Positions 58,263 through 64,000 of a DNA stretch of 64,000 nucleotides are shown one piece after another. A program made the translations under genes and the position numbers. Under the pieces are notes generated by a model. It saw only the letters and a list, made by a program, of their open reading frames with translations. It was not told where the DNA came from and did not search any database. Source of the DNA: Candidatus Shapirobacteria bacterium (lineage in GTDB: Bacteria; Patescibacteriota; Microgenomatia; UBA12405); NCBI GenBank assembly GCA_028704635.1, contig JAQWFB010000002.1:128693-192692 (forward strand), read 5' to 3'. How positions within the stretch are numbered: the first letter of the stretch is position 1; each line of letters starts with the position of its first letter.

Positions 58263-58715
58263 TTAATCCCTAAAAATTAACAGCATTCCCACTAGAATCA
58301 AAATAATTGGCCAAAACATATCCCAATCAATCATTTTTGGAAATATTTGATTCCAAATAGCGGTCAGTCCTATTAAAATTAATACCACTCCTAAAATATT
58401 AATTCTTTTTGTTCTTTTTATTTTAGTTTCAAGTTTAATTTCTTTAGCCATTGATTTTGTTTTATCTTTAACTTCATCAGCAAACTCCTTAATTTTCTCC
58501 TCTTTATTTTGTTTTCCAGAACTATTCTGATTTACAGAAGGCACCACTAACCATAAAATTAAATAGATTAATACTCCACTTCCGCCACCAATTGCCAATA
58601 AAATAAAAATAATTCTAACTAATGAGCCGTCAATTTGAAAATATTCAGCCAATCCACCACAAACACCCGCAACTATATTATCGTCAACTGATCTAAATAA
58701 TTTTTTTGTTTCCAT
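58263..58715 (-). CDS. PspC-domain membrane protein
   Basis: Shows the PspC signature LFRSVDDNIVAGVCGGLAEYFQIDGSLVRIIF, followed by TM helices. Confidence 0.65.
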   Translation of the reverse strand: METKKLFRSVDDNIVAGVCGGLAEYFQIDGSLVRIIFILLAIGGGSGVLIYLILWLVVPSVNQNSSGKQNKEEKIKEFADEVKDKTKSMAKEIKLETKIKRTKRINILGVVLILIGLTAIWNQIFPKMIDWDMFWPIILILVGMLLIFRD

Positions 58716-58717
58716 TA

Positions 58718-59362
58718 TTAAATTCTAGCAATTTCTTTTATCTTTTCAATATTTTTAATTACCATCGTTCTTTTTTTATTATAAAGATATCCTTGCTTTT
58801 GAAATTTCAAAATTTGCAAAGTTACCGTTTCTCGGGTTAATCCGGCCATACTCGCCAATACTCGGTGTGGAGTGTTGAATTTAATTAAAATTTCATTGCC
58901 CTTTTTCTCGCCCACATCCTTTGCGATCAAGCAAATTAAACCTGCCACTTTACCCTCTGCGTCTGCTGCTACAATTTGTCGCCAAGTTATAGATAAATCA
59001 CTTAATTCATCTATTAGTTTCTTATTAACCTCATTTAATATGTTTTCATCTTTTTCAATAAATTTTACAAACTCATTCATCGGTACTGCCCAAAGCTCTA
59101 CTGCCGTTATTGCTTCAACAAAATATCTATTTGGTTTTTTATGAAGACCATTCATTCCTGCACAAAAAAACAATGGTTTTAAGTTTGGTAAACTTGTTTC
59201 CTTTTCACCATTAATTACATAAGCTCTTAAAAACCCACTCTTTTCTATGTAAGCCGTATTCAAATCCTCTCCTGATCTAAACAAAACCTGCCCCTTTTTA
59301 TATTTAATTACCTCAAATTGGCTAAAAAATGACTCTAACTGTTTCTTAATTTTATCGTTCAT
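58718..59362 (-). CDS. Crp/Fnr-family transcriptional regulator
   Basis: Has a cNMP-binding-like beta-roll and a C-terminal HTH (HRVLASMAGLTRETVTLQILKFQKQGYL). Confidence 0.65.
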   Translation of the reverse strand: MNDKIKKQLESFFSQFEVIKYKKGQVLFRSGEDLNTAYIEKSGFLRAYVINGEKETSLPNLKPLFFCAGMNGLHKKPNRYFVEAITAVELWAVPMNEFVKFIEKDENILNEVNKKLIDELSDLSITWRQIVAADAEGKVAGLICLIAKDVGEKKGNEILIKFNTPHRVLASMAGLTRETVTLQILKFQKQGYLYNKKRTMVIKNIEKIKEIARI

Positions 59363-59499
59363 AAAATAAAAACTATTAATTATTAAAAAATTATTAAAAA
59401 TTTATTAAAAGATAACAAAATTCATTATATCACTAAGTTTTACTAATATTTATTACTAATTTTAATAATTTTTTAATAATTAAATAATAATATGGATTT

Positions 59500-60094
59500 A
59501 TGACCAAAGGTATGGAGTTTATTAATCCAAATCTAAATTTAGATCTACCACCAAAACCAGATATTTTTATCCCAATTTTAAAAGCCGCCGATAAATTAAA
59601 AGAAAGAATAGATAAAGCCGAGCAAGAAAGTGTGGTTGATTCTTTAACCGGTTGTTACAATCGTAACTTTTTTGAAAAATTCAAACAAGAACATTTTGAT
59701 CCTAATCGCGACAACAATAGAATCGGCTTAGTCTTTGTTGATGTCAATAATTTAAAAATCATTAATGACACTCAAGGCCACGAAGCAGGTGACACTTTAA
59801 TTAAAAATACGGCTAATTTTTTGAAATCAAATTTTAGAAAAGAAGATCTAATTATTCGTCTTGGCGGTGATGAATTTATAGTTATTTGTCGCAATTATGA
59901 CAATAGTTCTAATTTTGAAGAAAAACTTCTTTACAAAATAACAGAAAAACTAGCCGTTAATCCAAATAAAAAACCTTGCTTTTGGAGTTGCTGTTTACGA
60001 TAGAAATCAAGATTTTTCTAATTTAGATAAAACTAAAGATCGTGCCGACACCCAAATGTATCAAAATAAAAGAGAGATGAAAGCTGGAAAATAA
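59500..60094 (+). pseudogene. GGDEF-domain diguanylate cyclase interrupted by a +1 frameshift in an A6 run (59968-59973)
   Basis: Frame 1 encodes DSLTGCYNRNFF...RLGGDEFIVIC and then stops at 60001. The next frame continues ...LAFGVAVYDRNQDFSNLDKTKDRADTQMYQNKREMKAGK*, which is the typical GGDEF C-terminus. Confidence 0.6.
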
Positions 60095-60120
60095 TTTTTT
60101 GTAAGTATAATAAAGTATAA

Positions 60121-61869
60121 ATGAGAAAAATTATTAAATTTTGGTTGATTTTAATAAATGTTTTAATTCTAATTACCGCTAATAGTATTGGGAATAAAGT
60201 TCAAGCCAATGAAAAATATGTCACCATCGTCAATCCAATCAGAAGTAGGGAGTTATGGGTCAATAAAACTCTTAAACCAATAGATGATCAATATCAAATA
60301 ATAAATAATCTAAAACTAAAAGCCACTTGGTTAATTCAAGATGATGTCGTTAATGATCAAGATCTTATCAAAGAAATTAAAGAGTTTAATCAAGACCAAG
60401 AATTAGGCTTATTTTTAGAAGTTAGTCCAGGTTTAACTAAAAAAGCTCGAGTTTATTATCCCACCCAAACAGTCTGGTACAGCCCCAAAGCTATTTTTTT
60501 ATCAGCCTACACTCTCAATGATCGAAAAAAAATAATTGATCAAATGGTTACTGATTTTAAAAACACCTTTGGATTTCTACCTAAATCAGCTGGATCTTGG
60601 TGGATCGACAGTTGGTCTCAGCAATATTTAGAAAAAAAATATCACATCACCACCGTTATGATTTGTGCTGACCAAAAAACCACCGACCAATACGGCATTT
60701 GGGGGCAGTGGTGGGGTTATCCCTATCATCCATCGCCAAATAATATTTTAGTACCAGGCAACTCAAAAACAGTAGTTATTCAATGGGCCCAAAGAGACTT
60801 AGAAAAAGCCTATCATGGCAGTGGTCCTTTGGTTTCTAATTATTCACTTCAAGCCAATGATTATACCAGCCAAGGATTAGACTTTAATTATTTTGCCAAT
60901 TTAGCCAACCAATATTTATCAGTTGAAAAATTAGGTCAAATTACGGTCGGTTTAGAAACAGGTATGGAAAGTATTGGCCATGAACAAGAATATGAAAAAC
61001 AGTTAACCTGGATTGCCAATAATCAGATTATTAGTCTAAAAATGAGTGATTTTGGTGATAAATATCGAGAGTTGTATGAAAATAAAAACCCAGAAAAAAT
61101 AATTCTAAGTAGTTGGACATTAACGCCGGAATATCGGGAAAATCAAAATCTAGGTGAAAAAACAATTTATAATTCCAATCTAAGTTTTAGCGATAAATTT
61201 ATGGCCGATAAATCTGATTTTTTAAATCGAGTTTTATCAAATTTAGACAATCGACCAAAAATTAATTATTGGCCGTTCTTTTTATTATTAATTCCAATTT
61301 TGTGGTGGTGGAGTAAAAGTTTGACTCCAATATTATGGATTATTATTCTTTATTTACCTGTTTTTAGGTCATATTATGGATCAGGTTGGAAAATATTTTT
61401 TGGCCCCACTTTCGATAATTTAATTTTAGTACAGTTATCAATATTACTTGTTGGTGGATTTTTAATCACCAAAATTAATCAAAAACTAAAAATTAATTGG
61501 AGTGCTTGGTGGTCGGTTTGGGTTCTAAATTTATTAATTTTTACTGCCAGATATTCAGTTATTAATGGTCAACGTCATCTTGGTTGGCTAGTCGATAATT
61601 TTAGATTTATTGGTATCACTTTTGGTCAGGGTATTAAATTTTTAAATCAAGATTTACCTGGTTATATCGCCGCCACCATGTTGAAGTTTGATCCAGGTTG
61701 GATTTGGAATAATTGGTGGGTTTGGATAATTATTTATCCTATCATCGAAATTGGATTAGTCTTTTTAATTAGCAAACTAATTCCTAAAAAACTTAGATAT
61801 TTTCTGGCTATATTATCAATCTTTTTTATAATTTATATGTTTGGATTAGATCCAATAATAATAAAATGA
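60121..61869 (+). CDS. Hypothetical protein: secreted N-terminal domain plus C-terminal multi-TM domain
   Basis: 582-aa ORF with a signal peptide. The C-terminal 200 aa are Trp-rich and hydrophobic. Confidence 0.5.
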   Translation: MRKIIKFWLILINVLILITANSIGNKVQANEKYVTIVNPIRSRELWVNKTLKPIDDQYQIINNLKLKATWLIQDDVVNDQDLIKEIKEFNQDQELGLFLEVSPGLTKKARVYYPTQTVWYSPKAIFLSAYTLNDRKKIIDQMVTDFKNTFGFLPKSAGSWWIDSWSQQYLEKKYHITTVMICADQKTTDQYGIWGQWWGYPYHPSPNNILVPGNSKTVVIQWAQRDLEKAYHGSGPLVSNYSLQANDYTSQGLDFNYFANLANQYLSVEKLGQITVGLETGMESIGHEQEYEKQLTWIANNQIISLKMSDFGDKYRELYENKNPEKIILSSWTLTPEYRENQNLGEKTIYNSNLSFSDKFMADKSDFLNRVLSNLDNRPKINYWPFFLLLIPILWWWSKSLTPILWIIILYLPVFRSYYGSGWKIFFGPTFDNLILVQLSILLVGGFLITKINQKLKINWSAWWSVWVLNLLIFTARYSVINGQRHLGWLVDNFRFIGITFGQGIKFLNQDLPGYIAATMLKFDPGWIWNNWWVWIIIYPIIEIGLVFLISKLIPKKLRYFLAILSIFFIIYMFGLDPIIIK

Positions 61870-63347
61870 TAAAAAAATATAATTGGTGGAAAATTATTAT
61901 TTTATTTTTTTGTTTTTTTACTATATTTTTAGTTCAGCGACAAAATTTACTAAAACCAATTTTTGTTGATGAACAAGACAATTTTGTTGTTGCTAAAAAT
62001 TTAATTAATGGTAATAAAATTTATACCAATATTTTTTCACACCACCAACCAGGGACCTATATCTTAAGTGGAATAATTCAAAAAATTACCAACCCGAACA
62101 CAATAGAAATGCTTATTCAATATCATCGACAGTTTATTATATTATGGTCAATTTTATGGATTGTTTTTATTCTTTGCCGCTTTGGTTTTCAGATGTTAGG
62201 GCCGATGATAGCTATAGAATTAGTTAAAAATATATATTTAGGTAGTCTATTTTTGGCTGAATCATTAGTATTTGCTCCAATGATTTATTTAGTTTTAAGT
62301 TTTTTAGAAAATAAATTTTCTAAAAAAGAAGCTTTTTTCTGGGGGTTAATTGCTAGTATTGTTGGAATAACCTTAGCACCAATGTGGCCAGTATTAGCCT
62401 TAATGATTTTAACCTTTTGTTGGAGATATCGAAAAAAAACAAAAAATATTGAATTAATGATTGGAGGAGGAGTTTTGATTTTAATAATAACTTTTTGCTT
62501 CATTAACATTAAAGGTTATTTTGAAAATGCTATATTAATCAATCAAAAATACTACATTCCATTTGCCGGTGGAGATAATTTAATAAGATCAATTATTAAA
62601 TCAATTACCACTCCATTCTTATATTTAAAAGACGGCTTGAATTCACCAGAGTCATTATTAATCAAATTTTTTATTTTAATATTTTTTATTTTAATATTTT
62701 TTTTATTTAAAGAAAAAAAATGGCAAAAAATATTTTGGATTTTACTGTTATTAAGTTTAACCAACTTAAGAAATTTTGAACTTCAAAAAATTTATTACGA
62801 CGGATTTCATATTTTAATTTGGGTAGGGTTGGTTATGACAACTCCATTTTATTGGTTGAAAAAGAAATGGTGGATATTAGGTCTTTTGCCAGTTATTTTT
62901 ATGATTTCTCTCAATAGAGAAACAATATTAAATAAATCTAACACTAGGCAAGATTTTGAGATTTATTATTCAAGGATATTTAATATGAGTGAGGCTATTA
63001 GAACCACTAAAAATAATAACGACAGACTATTAACAATACCAGGAGAGGTTTTAGGATATTGGCAGGCAGAAATCAAACCAGCTGGTAGGTTTATCTTCTT
63101 TTACAAATGGATGGCCGGAGTAGAACAATTAAAGAATGAGGAATTAGAAACTTTTCAAACAAAACCAGAATATTTAATATTTGGAGGTGATGAAGGACTA
63201 AGCTTAACTGAAATATTAAAAAATTATAAAAATTTCAGTTACAGAGGAAGTGAAAGTAGCGAATTTTTTATCAGAAATGATATTTATAAAAACTTTTCCA
63301 AGGAAAAGATTGATAAATTAAAATACTACGGGCTAGAAGTAATATAA
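61866..63347 (+). CDS. Polytopic membrane protein (GT-C-like glycosyltransferase topology, putative)
   Basis: 493 aa with many TM helices in the first 350 aa. It overlaps the previous gene by 4 nt. Confidence 0.45.
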   Translation: MIKKYNWWKIIILFFCFFTIFLVQRQNLLKPIFVDEQDNFVVAKNLINGNKIYTNIFSHHQPGTYILSGIIQKITNPNTIEMLIQYHRQFIILWSILWIVFILCRFGFQMLGPMIAIELVKNIYLGSLFLAESLVFAPMIYLVLSFLENKFSKKEAFFWGLIASIVGITLAPMWPVLALMILTFCWRYRKKTKNIELMIGGGVLILIITFCFINIKGYFENAILINQKYYIPFAGGDNLIRSIIKSITTPFLYLKDGLNSPESLLIKFFILIFFILIFFLFKEKKWQKIFWILLLLSLTNLRNFELQKIYYDGFHILIWVGLVMTTPFYWLKKKWWILGLLPVIFMISLNRETILNKSNTRQDFEIYYSRIFNMSEAIRTTKNNNDRLLTIPGEVLGYWQAEIKPAGRFIFFYKWMAGVEQLKNEELETFQTKPEYLIFGGDEGLSLTEILKNYKNFSYRGSESSEFFIRNDIYKNFSKEKIDKLKYYGLEVI

Positions 63348-63362
63348 ATATTTTTATTTTTT

Positions 63363-63944
63363 TTAAAAAAATATTAATATCATTGGCGCTATTGTAAGTA
63401 AATAAACCCAAAATAATGGACTTAAAAAAGGTTCTTTTATTTTAGATAAAAACCACCAACCCAACTTTTCTGGATTTTTTAGCAAGTCAGTTTTGTTTAA
63501 AAAATAAACTGAAATAAATTGATTTTCTTTTTGGCTTATCACCACTTCGTCCAGAGAATTTTCCGGCTCTATTTTATATTCAATATAATATTTTTTATCT
63601 TTAGAATCAGACTGAACGGGAAATCCAAATGGATAAAAGTTATTTTCCACCATCGTATTAGTATCGAACCTACTTTCAGAAATTATCTTTCCATTAGAAT
63701 CAAATATTTTAATTAATAAAATCGAATTTTCCCTATCCTCATTTTTTATACTCTTAATATTCGTACTAATCATTCCTAAATTATTTTCTTTTGCCACCAA
63801 GTCTCTCATTAAATTATTTTTACTAGTCACCATTATTTCGTTTTTATTTTTTATTAAAGACAAAGGAGTTTTTGTTTGATGAGGATAAGTATAAGTTAAT
63901 AAAGAAAATGGTGTTTTAAAAGCCAAAATTAATATTAATAACAT
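63363..63944 (-). CDS. Hypothetical signal-anchored protein
   Basis: 193-aa ORF with a hydrophobic N-terminus. Confidence 0.4.
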   Translation of the reverse strand: MLLILILAFKTPFSLLTYTYPHQTKTPLSLIKNKNEIMVTSKNNLMRDLVAKENNLGMISTNIKSIKNEDRENSILLIKIFDSNGKIISESRFDTNTMVENNFYPFGFPVQSDSKDKKYYIEYKIEPENSLDEVVISQKENQFISVYFLNKTDLLKNPEKLGWWFLSKIKEPFLSPLFWVYLLTIAPMILIFF

Positions 63945-64000
63945 TGCTAAACTAAAACCAAAAAATGTCCATTTAAACTTATTTTTAATAATTTTTACAC

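Overview
This is a 64 kb, low-GC (about one-third GC), gene-dense bacterial segment with a compact, CPR/Patescibacteria-like gene style: short forms of YidC and S1, many Thr/Pro-rich linkers, and small hypothetical membrane proteins. It spans the chromosomal replication origin, with rpmH-rnpA-yidD-yidC-jag on the minus strand facing dnaA-dnaN on the plus strand and perfect DnaA boxes in between. Housekeeping content includes rho, radA, ftsH, trxB, mutM, a standalone 5'-3' exonuclease, iscU, an S1 protein, and a fragmented rRNA locus: tRNA-Ile, then protein genes, then tRNA-Ala-23S-5S, with no 16S.

Four groups of features stand out.
- Repeat families: at least 28 copies of a GC-rich palindromic element (TTGTCAAGGGAG... 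+ hairpin + CAGAGGGGTTT) sit between genes and, more strikingly, in frame inside many CDSs (mutM, radA, a VirB4-like ATPase tail, a DUF4012 protein, a GH18 enzyme, an O-antigen-ligase-like protein). This resembles Rickettsia palindromic elements. Two further repeat families are present: an AACTTGATAAACTT tandem motif, and a 45-nt GC-rich element found twice.
- Pilus/T4SS-like module: a tandem array of six two-TM pilin-like paralogs with a GG(D/S)PKK motif, next to a module with a VirB4 ATPase, a CHAP hydrolase, a SpoIID-like protein and a VirB6-like polytopic protein.
- ATP-grasp operon: three RimK-type ATP-grasp ligases, one fused to a retropepsin-like domain, together with a 7TM protein. I read this as a peptide-ligase/modification system of unknown target.
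- Single-gene oddities: an IscR(Rrf2)-IscS fusion, a frameshifted GGDEF gene, and a truncated ABC-exporter fragment.
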